Notes: generated by a model not told the origin, from the letters alone. Counted from the first letter of the stretch, positions 8,968-18,651 are shown. The stretch: 64,000 nt of DNA from Gaetbulibacter saemankumensis DSM 17032 (GCF_000425645.1 NZ_KE384430.1:729492-793491); one strand, 5' to 3'. Numbers and translations: made by a program.

Positions 8968-9061
8968 GTTTCGGAGCTTTCCAAAAAAACTTTTTTATTA
9001 AGAACAACAAAGCCGTGGCTACGGATGCTATAACTAATATATTTTGGATTATATTGTTCAT
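8927..9061 (-). CDS. Small (44 aa) FeoB-associated Cys-rich membrane protein. It is below the ORF-track cutoff.
   Basis: By manual translation it reads MNNIIQNILVIASVATALLFLIKKFFWKAPKQKKACDKDNCGCH. It has one TM helix and a C-terminal CxxxxCxC motif, and starts 42 nt downstream of the feoB stop on the same strand. Confidence 0.55.
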   Translation of the reverse strand: MNNIIQNILVIASVATALLFLIKKFFWKAPKQKKACDKDNCGCH

Positions 9062-9102
9062 ATATGGTTAGTCGATAATATTTAAATTGCTTTCAAAATG
9101 TC

Positions 9103-11202
9103 CTATTTCAAAAACTGAAATGCCATAAGAGCCACTACATAGGCAAACCCACTCATAATAACGAGTTGTAAAATAGGCCATTTCCAACTGTTGGTTTCTC
9201 TTTTTACAATAGCTAGAGTACTCATGCATTGCATGGCAAAAGCGTAAAATAATAATAGGGAGATTCCAGATGCAAAGGTAAATAATGGGCCGCCCAAAAT
9301 AGGATTTACTTCGGCTGCCATTCGGTTTTTTATGGTGGCTTCATCGTCGCTGCCAACGCTATAAATTGTTGCAAGCGTACCTACAAATACCTCTCGAGCT
9401 GCAAAACTACTTACAATGGCGATTCCTATTTTCCAATCGTAACCTAAGGGTCTAATAGCTGGTTCAATAGCTCTTCCTGTAAGGCCAATAAAGGAATGTT
9501 CTAATTTATAGGAGGCAATTTTTTGCTGTAATTCATCGTCGTTTAATGGGGTGTCTCTATGTTGGCTAGTGATTATTTCTTCGGCATTATTAAAGTTGTC
9601 TCCTGGGCCATATGAGGCTAAAACCCAAAGCAGTATTGAAATGGCTAATATTATTTTACCGGCACCAAAAATAAACGACTTTGTTTTTTCAATAACTGTA
9701 AGTGCAACATTTTTGAATAATGGTAGTTTGTAGTTAGGCATTTCAACCACAAAAAAGGAACGGCTTTTTATTTTTAAAATTTTGTTTAAAATATAAGCAG
9801 AACCTACCGCTGCACTAAATCCAATAAGGTAGAGCAGCATGAGTGTGAGTGCTTGGTAACTTAAGCCTAAAAAGCGCCCTTTTGGAATCACTAGTGAAAT
9901 AATAATAAGATAAACGGGGAGCCTTGCAGAACAGGTCGTGAATGGTGTAACTAAAATGGTTATTAGGCGTTCTTTCCAGCTTTCAATGTTTCTAGTCGCC
10001 ATAATAGCAGGAATAGCACAGGCGGTACCAGAAATTAGAGGTACTACACTTTTTCCACTTAAGCCAAAACGACGCATTACACGATCCATTAAAAATACCA
10101 CGCGACTCATATAACCACTTTCTTCTAAAATGGATATAAATAAAAATAGAAAGGCAATTTGCGGTATAAAAATAACGATACCTCCCAATCCAGGAATAAT
10201 ACCTTCCGATAATAAATTAGTAAATGTACCTTCTGGTAAATTCATTTTTATCCATTCGCTCAGAGAGGCAAAAGTACTGTCAATATAATCCATTGGTACT
10301 GATGACCAATCGTAAATCGCCTGGAAAATAAGCAGTAAAATAGCAAAGAAAATAAGGTAGCCCCAAATTTTATGTGTAATAACACGATCTAATTTGGTGC
10401 GTAAGTCTTTGGCTTGTGATACATCTATATTTTGTCCTTTTTTAAGAACATTATTAATAAACTGGTAGCGCTTTATGGTTTCCTTTTGTTGAAGGCGTTT
10501 TAAATCGGTATTACTTTTGGTTTTAAAATCCGCAACAGCATCAATTGTTTTTCTGTCGGTTTTACCAAAATTAACATCTTGAGTAATTACCAACCAAAGT
10601 TTATACAATAATTGATTAGGGAAGGCTTTTCTAAGGCTATCGAAATAATTTTTATCTATTTCAGAAGCATTTAAACAAGGAGTTATCGAGAGATCTTTGT
10701 AATTGGCAATTAGCTGTTTTAAATTATCGATGCCTTGTTTTTTGCGTGTGCTTATAAGGGCGATTTTTGTTTGAAGGTGTTCTTCCAGATATTCAATATC
10801 TAAAGAAATGCCTTTGTATTCCATACGATCGGCCATATTAATAACCAGTAGCGTAGGAATTTCTAAATCTTTTATTTGAGTGAAAAGAAGGAGGTTTCGT
10901 TTTAGATTTTCAACATCACTCACTACTACGGCAACGTCTGGGAAATCCTTGTCGTTTTTGTTAAGTAGTAATTCAATAACAACATTTTCATCAAGCGATG
11001 AAGCATTTAAACTATAGGTTCCAGGTAAATCTATAATATGGGCTTTAACCCCGCGAGGTAATTTACAAATACCTTCTTTTTTTTCGACAGTAATACCCGG
11101 GTAGTTTCCAACTTTTTGATTTAAGCCTGTAAGCGCATTAAACACCGAGGTCTTTCCTGTATTTGGATTACCGATTAAGGCGACATTAATTTGCTTACTC
11201 AT
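9103..11202 (-). CDS. feoB: Ferrous iron transporter FeoB
   Basis: N-terminal G-domain GNPNTGKTS...DLPG, followed by a large polytopic membrane domain. 699 aa. Confidence 0.95.
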   Translation of the reverse strand: MSKQINVALIGNPNTGKTSVFNALTGLNQKVGNYPGITVEKKEGICKLPRGVKAHIIDLPGTYSLNASSLDENVVIELLLNKNDKDFPDVAVVVSDVENLKRNLLLFTQIKDLEIPTLLVINMADRMEYKGISLDIEYLEEHLQTKIALISTRKKQGIDNLKQLIANYKDLSITPCLNASEIDKNYFDSLRKAFPNQLLYKLWLVITQDVNFGKTDRKTIDAVADFKTKSNTDLKRLQQKETIKRYQFINNVLKKGQNIDVSQAKDLRTKLDRVITHKIWGYLIFFAILLLIFQAIYDWSSVPMDYIDSTFASLSEWIKMNLPEGTFTNLLSEGIIPGLGGIVIFIPQIAFLFLFISILEESGYMSRVVFLMDRVMRRFGLSGKSVVPLISGTACAIPAIMATRNIESWKERLITILVTPFTTCSARLPVYLIIISLVIPKGRFLGLSYQALTLMLLYLIGFSAAVGSAYILNKILKIKSRSFFVVEMPNYKLPLFKNVALTVIEKTKSFIFGAGKIILAISILLWVLASYGPGDNFNNAEEIITSQHRDTPLNDDELQQKIASYKLEHSFIGLTGRAIEPAIRPLGYDWKIGIAIVSSFAAREVFVGTLATIYSVGSDDEATIKNRMAAEVNPILGGPLFTFASGISLLLFYAFAMQCMSTLAIVKRETNSWKWPILQLVIMSGFAYVVALMAFQFLK

Positions 11203-11428
11203 TTATTTTTTCAATTAATATATGAATGGCTGTTTCTTTTCTAATGGCTAAATGCGATCCGTTAATGTTTAAATAAAGCGGGTCTTGAAAGGGAGCTACT
11301 TGAACAAGCTCTACTTCGTTACCAGGAAGGCAACCCATTTCCAAAAGTTTTAGTGGAATCTGAGACGCAGAAACATCAGTAATTATGTATTTTTCGCCTC
11401 GTTTTATATTTGCTAGAGTGTCTTGCAA
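11195..11428 (-). CDS. feoA: Ferrous iron transport protein FeoA
   Basis: 77 aa SH3-like FeoA. It overlaps the feoB start by 8 nt. Confidence 0.85.
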   Translation of the reverse strand: MQDTLANIKRGEKYIITDVSASQIPLKLLEMGCLPGNEVELVQVAPFQDPLYLNINGSHLAIRKETAIHILIEKINE

Positions 11429-11497
11429 CTTATTTAGATTGATTTTAAAGAAACAAAAGTAATGTAAAAAATTAGCCTAAAAAAATTGAAACCCAAA

Positions 11498-12172
11498 CTA
11501 TTGTTTGTATTCCTTTTTTAAAGTTTTAATATCTTTTAAAAGTTGTTCAATTTCCTCAGGATTGGTGCCATCATAAAATCCTCGAATTTGCCTTTTTTTA
11601 TCAATTAGCATAAAGTTTTCGGTGTGTATCATGTCGAAGGGGCCACCGTCGCCATTATCTTTTACAGCCAAATAACTTTTTCGAGCTAATTGGTAAATTT
11701 GTTTTTTATCGCCTGTAACCATGTTCCATTTCGCATCGATAACGCCTTTTTCTAGTGCATAGCGTTTAAGTTGTTTTACCGAATCTATTTCTGGCGTAAC
11801 GGAATGCGATAAGAGCATGACTTCTGGGTCATTCTTAATTTCTTCCTGAATATCCTCCATGTTTTTTGTCATGATTGGACATATTGTTTGGCAGGTTGTA
11901 AAAAAGAAATCGGCTACATATATTTTGTCCTTGTAATTATTATGGGTAACAGTTTCTCCGTTTTGATTTGTTAGAGAAAAATCGGCAATCTTATGATATT
12001 TTTTTTGGTACTGAATCGTGCTGTCTACTAATTCTGTACTTACCATAGCAGGCTGGTAAATAGGTAGTGGTTGGTAAACGTTTAAGGTGTTATAAATTAT
12101 AGAAATTATAATGATTGAAATAATAGCAAAAACTATGGCAAAATTTCTGTAGGCTCTAAAAAAGGATAACAT
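11498..12172 (-). CDS. SCO1/SenC family copper chaperone / thiol-disulfide protein
   Basis: N-terminal TM anchor, then FFFTTCQTICP (the SCO1 CxxxC motif). Confidence 0.85.
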   Translation of the reverse strand: MLSFFRAYRNFAIVFAIISIIIISIIYNTLNVYQPLPIYQPAMVSTELVDSTIQYQKKYHKIADFSLTNQNGETVTHNNYKDKIYVADFFFTTCQTICPIMTKNMEDIQEEIKNDPEVMLLSHSVTPEIDSVKQLKRYALEKGVIDAKWNMVTGDKKQIYQLARKSYLAVKDNGDGGPFDMIHTENFMLIDKKRQIRGFYDGTNPEEIEQLLKDIKTLKKEYKQ

Positions 12173-12336
12173 TTAAAATTGAGAGTTTTAATTCAGGCAA
12201 AAATACGATGAAAATTGAAGACTTAAAGCCTAATTAACACATTAATACGCTTTAATTACAAGCATTATATAAATGTCTTTTTAAAGTTGGTTTAAAAATG
12301 TACTTTTGTTCGATTAAAAAAATTGACTAAAGATTT

Positions 12337-13683
12337 ATGGAGTTCGTTATTAAAATATCTCAATTTTTATTGAGCCTTTCCCTACTTATTATATTGCATG
12401 AATTAGGACATTTTATTCCTGCTAAAGCATTTAAGACTCGAGTTGAAAAATTCTATTTGTTTTTCGATGTGAAATTTTCACTGTTTAAAAAGAAAATAGG
12501 AGAAACTGTTTACGGTATTGGGTGGTTACCACTTGGAGGGTATGTTAAAATTTCTGGAATGATTGATGAAAGTATGGATACCGAGCAAATGGCACAAGAA
12601 CCGCAACCTTGGGAATTTCGTTCTAAACCAGCCTGGCAGCGACTTATTATCATGTTAGGAGGTGTAACCGTAAATTTTTTACTAGCCATTCTTATATATA
12701 TAGGGATGAGTTATTTTTATGGAGATAAATTTCTTCCAAATGAGAATATTAAAGACGGACTTTTAATTGAAAGTTCAGTGGCCAATAAGGCGGGACTTTT
12801 AACTGGAGATAAAATATTAGCTGTAGATGGTGAAACTATTGAAAAATATAGTGAAATATCTGAAAAGGTATTATTCGGAAAGGAAGTTTTAATAGAGCGA
12901 AATGGAACTGAATCTAAGGTGAGTTTGCCTGAAGATTTTTTAGCTCAACTTATAGATTCAAAAGAAAAATCGTTTATAGGTTTGAGACAGCCGTTTGTTG
13001 TTGTACAAGTTCCAGATACTTCATATAACAAGGCTAGTGGATTAGAAAAAGGAGATATAATTGTAGGTCTTAATAATGTTCAAACTAAATATGGCGATCA
13101 AGTATTAAAAGCTTTATCTCAGTTTAAGGGACAGACTGTAACTGCCACAGTAAAACGTGGAGATGAAAAGGTTGATCTGCCTCTTGCCATTACCAATGAA
13201 GCTAAGCTAGGAATTGTTTATGCGCCAGTTTCAACTTATGATACATTAGAGGCTTTGGGTTACTATACTTTTGAAACTAAGAAATATGGGTTTCTAGAAG
13301 CTTTTCCGGTAGGTCTGAAGAAAACGGGAGACAAAATTTCATCATATATAACTCAATTTAAAGCAATATTCACTCCAAGTACAGGAGCATATAAAGGGGT
13401 AGGTGGTTTTAAGGCTATTTATGATATCTTTCCAAATTTTTGGAACTGGCAGAATTTTTGGAACATTACGGCATTTTTATCCATCATGCTTGGAGTATTA
13501 AATTTATTGCCAATACCGGCTTTAGATGGTGGTCATGTTATGTTTTTATTATATGAAATGATCTCAGGAAGAAAACCAGGCGATAAATTTATGGAGTATG
13601 CTCAAATGGTTGGATTCTTCATTCTCATAGCGTTAGTGTTATTTGCAAATGGCAATGATATTTTTAAAGCCATTTTTGATTAA
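12337..13683 (+). CDS. rseP: RIP (site-2) zinc metalloprotease RseP
   Basis: HELGHF zinc motif in TM1; internal PDZ domains; a C-terminal LDGG motif. Confidence 0.9.
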   Translation: MEFVIKISQFLLSLSLLIILHELGHFIPAKAFKTRVEKFYLFFDVKFSLFKKKIGETVYGIGWLPLGGYVKISGMIDESMDTEQMAQEPQPWEFRSKPAWQRLIIMLGGVTVNFLLAILIYIGMSYFYGDKFLPNENIKDGLLIESSVANKAGLLTGDKILAVDGETIEKYSEISEKVLFGKEVLIERNGTESKVSLPEDFLAQLIDSKEKSFIGLRQPFVVVQVPDTSYNKASGLEKGDIIVGLNNVQTKYGDQVLKALSQFKGQTVTATVKRGDEKVDLPLAITNEAKLGIVYAPVSTYDTLEALGYYTFETKKYGFLEAFPVGLKKTGDKISSYITQFKAIFTPSTGAYKGVGGFKAIYDIFPNFWNWQNFWNITAFLSIMLGVLNLLPIPALDGGHVMFLLYEMISGRKPGDKFMEYAQMVGFFILIALVLFANGNDIFKAIFD

Positions 13684-13700
13684 AAAAAATTAAAAAAAGT

Positions 13701-13730
13701 TTGCAGATATTAAAAAGGCTTGTATATTTG
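13701..13730 (+). promoter_or_regulatory. Candidate Bacteroidota sigma-A promoter for tRNA-Asn (-33 TTG, 19 nt spacer, -7 TAtaTTTG)
   Basis: Exact TAnnTTTG match at 13723-13730; TTG at 13701-13703; the tRNA starts about 32 nt downstream. Confidence 0.35.
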
Positions 13731-13761
13731 CAACCGCTTAGCAAAAGCAACAGTATAACAC

Positions 13762-13835
13762 TCCTCCTTAGCTCAGTTGGTTAGAGCATTTGACTGTTAA
13801 TCAAAGGGTCCTTGGTTCGAGCCCAAGAGGGGGAG
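13762..13835 (+). tRNA. tRNA-Asn (anticodon GTT)
   Basis: Manual cloverleaf: a 7 bp acceptor stem (one G-U), a D-loop with GG, anticodon loop cuGUUaa, a T-loop TTCGAGC, and discriminator G. No encoded CCA. Confidence 0.9.
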
Positions 13836-13844
13836 CAAAACAGA

Positions 13845-13875
13845 AGCACTTACAGAAATGTAGGTGCTTTTTTTG
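13845..13875 (+). terminator. Rho-independent terminator after tRNA-Asn (9 bp stem, GAAA tetraloop, 7 T)
   Basis: gcacttaca-gaaa-tgtaggtgc followed by ttttttt. Confidence 0.6.
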
Positions 13876-14084
13876 TTGAGTGAAATTAGGGGTTTGTAGT
13901 CTCTTTTTTAAAACAAGGGAAGGGTTCGCTTGCTAGTAAAATGCCCGATAAAGAATCGTCCCTCACATCAACGTCCAAAACGCCTCAAGCCAGCCCCACT
14001 TCCGATGTATATAAGTTAAAATTAGTAAATAATTTGCTGGTAAAGTCAAGTTGCCAAGTTTTTTCTTCTAAAAAGGTACACCTA

Positions 14085-14116
14085 TAGGTACCCCAGTTAT
14101 TTCTTTAGGTACCCCA
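14085..14116. repeat. Direct repeats TAGGTACCCCA (x2, 21 nt apart) plus a GGTAC/GTACC inverted pair. Candidate arm-type integrase binding sites.
   Basis: Read directly at 14085-14095 and 14106-14116, immediately upstream of the integrase remnant. Confidence 0.4.
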
Positions 14117-14166
14117 AAATTTAAAAACAAAAAATATCATTAAATTAAATATACTATTCTTAGTAA

Positions 14167-14478
14167 GTAAAACTAAGTTGAATAAAAAAGGAGAATGCCC
14201 AATAAGATGTAGATTAACTTATAATCAAGTAAGGCATCATTTTTCTACGTGACAATTTGTAAATCCTGAATATTGGAATTCCAAACAGCAATGTGTTGAA
14301 CTTCCTGAACCTGATGTAGATTATATAAACTCACAATTAAGCCTTATTAAAACTAAAATTAATAGGGCTTTTTTATTACTTCAAGTAAAAGAAGAAGCTT
14401 TTACCGTAGAAGATGTTTTCAGCTTGTATAAAGGCGTTAAAAGAGCTAAAGAATATAATGTTGTTCGTGATAATTTAG
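14167..14478 (+). pseudogene. Remnant of a Bacteroidota tyrosine recombinase (phage-integrase family). Only the N-terminal arm-binding domain survives. It has an in-frame stop, no start codon, and is truncated after about 100 codons.
   Basis: The translation KNGECPIRCRLTYNQVRHHFST*QFVNPEYWNSKQQCVELPEPDVDYINSQLSLIKTKINRAFLLLQVKEEAFTVEDVFSLYKG matches the conserved N-terminus of Bacteroidota integrases (K.G..PI..R.T.N..R.EFSTG..V.P..W...KQ). The TGA is at 14250-14252 and the sequence lies 3' of tRNA-Asn. Confidence 0.6.
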
Positions 14479-14822
14479 ATAACAGTTTTTACTGCTTCAA
14501 TTGTTTTTTTAGAGCTTCCTATAAAAATTTGATTATCTATAATAATTACTGGGCGACTTAAAAATGTATAATGATCTAGAATGTATTGTTTGTAATCACG
14601 TTCCTGTAGATCCTGGTTTTTTAAGTCCATTTCTTTATAAAGCTTCGCGCGTTTACTAAATAAGGCTTCATAACTCCCTGAAAGCAATTGCATTTCCTCT
14701 AATTGTTTAACCGTTATAGGTTCCGATTTAATGTCCTGTAATATAAATTCTTTGTCTATATTAAGTTCTTTTAAAATTCGGGTACAAGTGTTACAAGTTT
14801 TTAAGTAATATATTTTTTTCAT
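14475..14822 (-). CDS. ArsC/Spx/YffB-family (arsenate-reductase-like, glutaredoxin-fold) protein
   Basis: 115 aa; MKKIYYLKTCNTCTRILKEL at the N-terminus is typical of the family. Confidence 0.7.
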   Translation of the reverse strand: MKKIYYLKTCNTCTRILKELNIDKEFILQDIKSEPITVKQLEEMQLLSGSYEALFSKRAKLYKEMDLKNQDLQERDYKQYILDHYTFLSRPVIIIDNQIFIGSSKKTIEAVKTVI

Positions 14823-14898
14823 GCTGTTAAATATGAAATTTGCTACAAAATAAACTAATTAAAGGTTTTAAAACTATATTTATCAAAAAAATAAAACA

Positions 14899-15357
14899 AT
14901 GTCTTTTTCAATAGAAATTTTATCTAAAACTCGAAATTTTTTTAAGCAACATTTAGAAACGATTCCTTTAGAAGATTTAAATAAAATTCCGGAAGGATTT
15001 AATAATAATATCATTTGGAATATTGGTCATATCATCGTGACCCAGCAATTATTAAATTATAAGTTGTCTGGACTACCTATGTTAATCAGTGAAGATTTGA
15101 TCAAAAAATATATGAAAGGGACTAAACCTGCAGTGTATATTACTAAAGATGAAGTTGAAGTACTTAAAGGGTTACTTTTTTCTACCATCGACCAATTTAG
15201 AGAAGATTATAAAAAAGGTATATTTAAAAATTTCCAAGAGTACACCGTGTCGACTACCGGAAACACTTTAAAAAGCTTTAATGAATCGCTTGAATTTGTA
15301 GTGTTTCATGAAGGTATGCACCTAGGGTACGTGATGGCCTTATTACGTGCGATCTAG
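14899..15357 (+). CDS. DinB/YfiT-like (DinB_2) four-helix-bundle putative metal-dependent hydrolase
   Basis: 152 aa; histidines at IGHIIV and HEGMHLGY are typical of the DinB_2 metal triad. Confidence 0.65.
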   Translation: MSFSIEILSKTRNFFKQHLETIPLEDLNKIPEGFNNNIIWNIGHIIVTQQLLNYKLSGLPMLISEDLIKKYMKGTKPAVYITKDEVEVLKGLLFSTIDQFREDYKKGIFKNFQEYTVSTTGNTLKSFNESLEFVVFHEGMHLGYVMALLRAI

Positions 15358-16059
15358 TACTAAGAGAGCGTTTACTTCGCTGTAAGGAATGGTGAATTCG
15401 ATAATACCTTCAGAATAAGGTGCGATTTCATAGGTGTTATACAATAATATAATACCTGTTTCGCTGTAACCTATGTTTTTCGGTAGTATAAAGGTGTTCG
15501 GGTCAAATAGGGTAATGTCTTTTTTTATGGTTTTGTTAAAATGCAACCTTGATAAGTTTTTAAAGGCATCATAATTAGTAAATAAATCTTTATTATTAAT
15601 TTTTTTGCCAGTATTGGCATTAAAATTCAAAATGGAAATGTGAAAATTGCCATGAGCACCACCTGTATTTATGTATGAAGAAATTGAAAGGGTGATGATT
15701 TCTGAAGATTGATAAATGACTTCACCATCAATTTGGGCTTCCCATATTTGCGTAGAATCATTAAAATCCGACTTAAAAGTTTTAAATTCTTTGTTGAAGG
15801 CAGTAATGGAGGCCTCAATTGTGAGGTTTTCCGGTTGGGAATCACCTACTTTAAGGGTATTAATTATATGATTTTTAATTTCTGAATTAATATAATCAGA
15901 AATTAATTGATTACCCGAAGCAAATGGAATGTTAATATTTACAATATCATTATCGGATGTTGTATAGTTAACTTCATTGAAAACAATTTTAATGTCTTCC
16001 TCACAAGAAATTAAGTTTAATACAATAAAGAAATAAATAAATAACTTGTGTTTTAACAT
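15343..16059 (-). CDS. Lipoprotein with DUF4163 and DUF3298 (RsiV-like) domains
   Basis: Signal peptide with a Cys; the segment NTGGAHGNFHISILNFNANTGKKINNKDLF matches the DUF3298 core (GGAHG...tGk.l.l.dLf). Confidence 0.55.
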   Translation of the reverse strand: MLKHKLFIYFFIVLNLISCEEDIKIVFNEVNYTTSDNDIVNINIPFASGNQLISDYINSEIKNHIINTLKVGDSQPENLTIEASITAFNKEFKTFKSDFNDSTQIWEAQIDGEVIYQSSEIITLSISSYINTGGAHGNFHISILNFNANTGKKINNKDLFTNYDAFKNLSRLHFNKTIKKDITLFDPNTFILPKNIGYSETGIILLYNTYEIAPYSEGIIEFTIPYSEVNALLVLDRT

Positions 16060-16065
16060 GGGGTT

Positions 16066-16896
16066 TTAATCTAAGTAATAAACATAACCAAAGTTTAACC
16101 AAACTAACCAATCGTTGTAGCGATCATAATTATTCCAGTTATGGTTAAAACCATCAATCCAGTCACTAAAATAATATTGCCATCTTAAATCAAGCATCAA
16201 ATCTGATAACACCGTTAGTTTGTAGCGAACACCAATGCTGCTTACGACAGACCAAGTGCTTCCACCATCTATATTTATCGGATATGCTGCCTCACCAGCA
16301 TTGTATTTATCAAACCAAAATGGGTATAGGTTGGATTGGTCGTAAATATCGCCATAAGCATCAGGGTTAGGGTTGTTGTATCTAGTGCTTGCTTTTGGGT
16401 TAAAAGATGTGTAATGTACTCCTAAGCTAATAAAAGGAGCTAATCTAAATGCAAAAGCCTGAAAGGAGCGAATACTTAAAGGAAAATATTCTAATTGCAT
16501 TCCTATATCAAAATTCTCTGCAGCTCCGCTATGTGCTCTTAATTTATCAGCTTCAATACTTGTTTTATCTGGGGCAACCCAAAAGCCTAGATGGTCTAGC
16601 TTTGTATAGTTGTATGAAATCTCACTCCTTAGTTTAAAATGATCATTGAAATAGGTATCTGTAGAATAGCAGTTACAATCGGCACTATAAGCAAAACTTA
16701 TATAATGGATTAGACCAATTCCAATTCCCGAATTACCAAGGTTTGTTGTTTCTTCATTTCGACTACCAAAGTCGGAACGAAATTCTACGGGACCAGCAAT
16801 TACCCCTATCTCATGAGAAAAACCTAATTGGGCTTTTACTGGTTGCCATGAAAGAATCAATCCAGTCAGTAAAATTAATTGCTTGATTTTAAGCAT
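16066..16896 (-). CDS. Putative outer-membrane beta-barrel protein (hypothetical)
   Basis: Signal peptide ending VKAQ. Alternating aromatic/hydrophilic pattern, Gly/Tyr/Trp-rich, aromatic-rich C-terminus. Confidence 0.45.
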   Translation of the reverse strand: MLKIKQLILLTGLILSWQPVKAQLGFSHEIGVIAGPVEFRSDFGSRNEETTNLGNSGIGIGLIHYISFAYSADCNCYSTDTYFNDHFKLRSEISYNYTKLDHLGFWVAPDKTSIEADKLRAHSGAAENFDIGMQLEYFPLSIRSFQAFAFRLAPFISLGVHYTSFNPKASTRYNNPNPDAYGDIYDQSNLYPFWFDKYNAGEAAYPINIDGGSTWSVVSSIGVRYKLTVLSDLMLDLRWQYYFSDWIDGFNHNWNNYDRYNDWLVWLNFGYVYYLD

Positions 16897-17183
16897 AATT
16901 AGGTTCTGTTAGTGTTGGGATTAATATAAACAAATATATGAAAAGGTGTGCTAGAAACAAATAGAGGAAAATTATCTGTAATTTGAAAGAAATTACGTGT
17001 TGCGAATATCAAAAAATAGATTATTCTTTTTTAAAGATAATGTATATTTGTGGGCGTAAATTGAATATTTGATAAATCACCCAACGATTTAGGCGGTTTA
17101 AATGTACATATCTAAAGTTTTTGTGGTTTATGAATCATTTAATTTATCTAACTTAAATAAGAATTAATCTTTATACTTATTAC

Positions 17184-18527
17184 ATGAAACAAAATGTAGA
17201 AGAATTTTTAGATCTTGTAAAACAACGTAATGGCAATGAGCCAGAATTTTTACAAGCTGTAGAGGAAGTTGCAGAAACTGTAATTCCTTACATTGTTGAT
17301 AATGACATTTATTATGGTAAAAATATTCTGTTAAGAATGGTTGAGCCAGAGCGTGTTGTTATGTTTAGAGTTTGTTGGGTAGATGATCAAGGTGAAATTC
17401 AAGTGAATCGAGGTTACCGAATTCAAATGAATTCAGCTATTGGACCATATAAAGGTGGATTGCGATTTCATCCAACTGTTAATATAAGTATACTAAAGTT
17501 TTTAGCTTTCGAGCAAGTCTTTAAAAATAGTTTAACAACGCTACCTATGGGTGGAGGAAAGGGAGGAAGTGATTTCGATCCTAAAGGTAAAAGTGATGGT
17601 GAAATAATGCGATTCTGTCATGCTTTTATGAGTGAATTATTCAGACATATTGGACCAAATACCGATATTCCTGCTGGTGATATTGGTGTTGGAGCTAGAG
17701 AAATTGGTTTCTTATTTGGAATGTATAAAAAATTAAGAAACGAATTTACAGGAGTTTTAACAGGTAAAGGATTGTCTTGGGGAGGGTCTTTAATTAGACC
17801 TGAAGCTACTGGATATGGTACGGTATATTTTGCTGAAAATATGCTAAAAACAAGAGGGCTTAATTTTGAAGGTAAAACTGTAGTTGTTTCAGGTTCTGGT
17901 AACGTAGCCCAATACGCTGCAGAGAAGTCTATTCAGCTTGGAGCAAAGGTTGTAACATTATCTGATTCTTCTGGATATATTTATGATGCAACTGGTATTA
18001 ATAAAGAAAAATTAGCTTTCGTTATGGAGCTTAAAAATGAAAAACGTGGACGCATTAGTGAGTATGTTGAGAAATATCCTGAAGCTCAATTTTTTGCAGG
18101 AGAAACCCCTTGGGGAATAAAATGTGATATTGCTTTACCATGTGCTACACAAAATGAGTTAAATGAAAATGATGCTAATACATTGATTGAAAATGGATGT
18201 TTCTGTGTGAGTGAGGGAGCAAATATGCCTTCTACTATTCAGGCGGTTCATGCTTTTCAAAAGGCAAAAATTTTATATGCACCAGGTAAGGCTTCCAATG
18301 CAGGAGGTGTTGCAACTTCAGGTCTAGAAATGACTCAAAATTCTCTACGATATAAATGGACGAGAGATGAAGTTGATAATAAGTTAAAAGAAATTATGTC
18401 TGATATTCATAATTCATGTTTAGAATATGGCAAAGAAGATGATGATTATATTGACTATGTAAAAGGTGCAAATATTGCTGGCTTTGTGAAAGTAGCAGAT
18501 GCCATGTTAGCACAAGGAATAGTGTAG
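17184..18527 (+). CDS. gdhA: NADP-specific glutamate dehydrogenase
   Basis: The GDH signature KGGLRFHP, the GGGKGG motif, and a Rossmann GSGNVAQYAA motif. Confidence 0.95.
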   Translation: MKQNVEEFLDLVKQRNGNEPEFLQAVEEVAETVIPYIVDNDIYYGKNILLRMVEPERVVMFRVCWVDDQGEIQVNRGYRIQMNSAIGPYKGGLRFHPTVNISILKFLAFEQVFKNSLTTLPMGGGKGGSDFDPKGKSDGEIMRFCHAFMSELFRHIGPNTDIPAGDIGVGAREIGFLFGMYKKLRNEFTGVLTGKGLSWGGSLIRPEATGYGTVYFAENMLKTRGLNFEGKTVVVSGSGNVAQYAAEKSIQLGAKVVTLSDSSGYIYDATGINKEKLAFVMELKNEKRGRISEYVEKYPEAQFFAGETPWGIKCDIALPCATQNELNENDANTLIENGCFCVSEGANMPSTIQAVHAFQKAKILYAPGKASNAGGVATSGLEMTQNSLRYKWTRDEVDNKLKEIMSDIHNSCLEYGKEDDDYIDYVKGANIAGFVKVADAMLAQGIV

Positions 18528-18552
18528 CGATTCTATTTAAATAAATGAGATA

Positions 18553-18586
18553 AAAGCTTCCTTAATTTTAAGGAAGCTTTTTTTGT
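18553..18586 (+). terminator. Rho-independent terminator after gdhA
   Basis: aagcttcctta-atttt-aaggaagctt followed by 7 T. Confidence 0.6.
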
Positions 18587-18651
18587 TTTAATATATTATT
18601 TTAAAGTAAAACTCGTTAGTTATAAATATATTTGAACATTAAATAGTATCT

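Noticed and set aside
13934-14092. Ser/Thr-rich ORF of about 50 codons (MPDKESSLTSTSKTPQASPTSD...) in the GC-richer patch 3' of tRNA-Asn
   Set aside because: The composition is low-complexity with no start or context signals. It is more likely junk within the decayed island than a gene.
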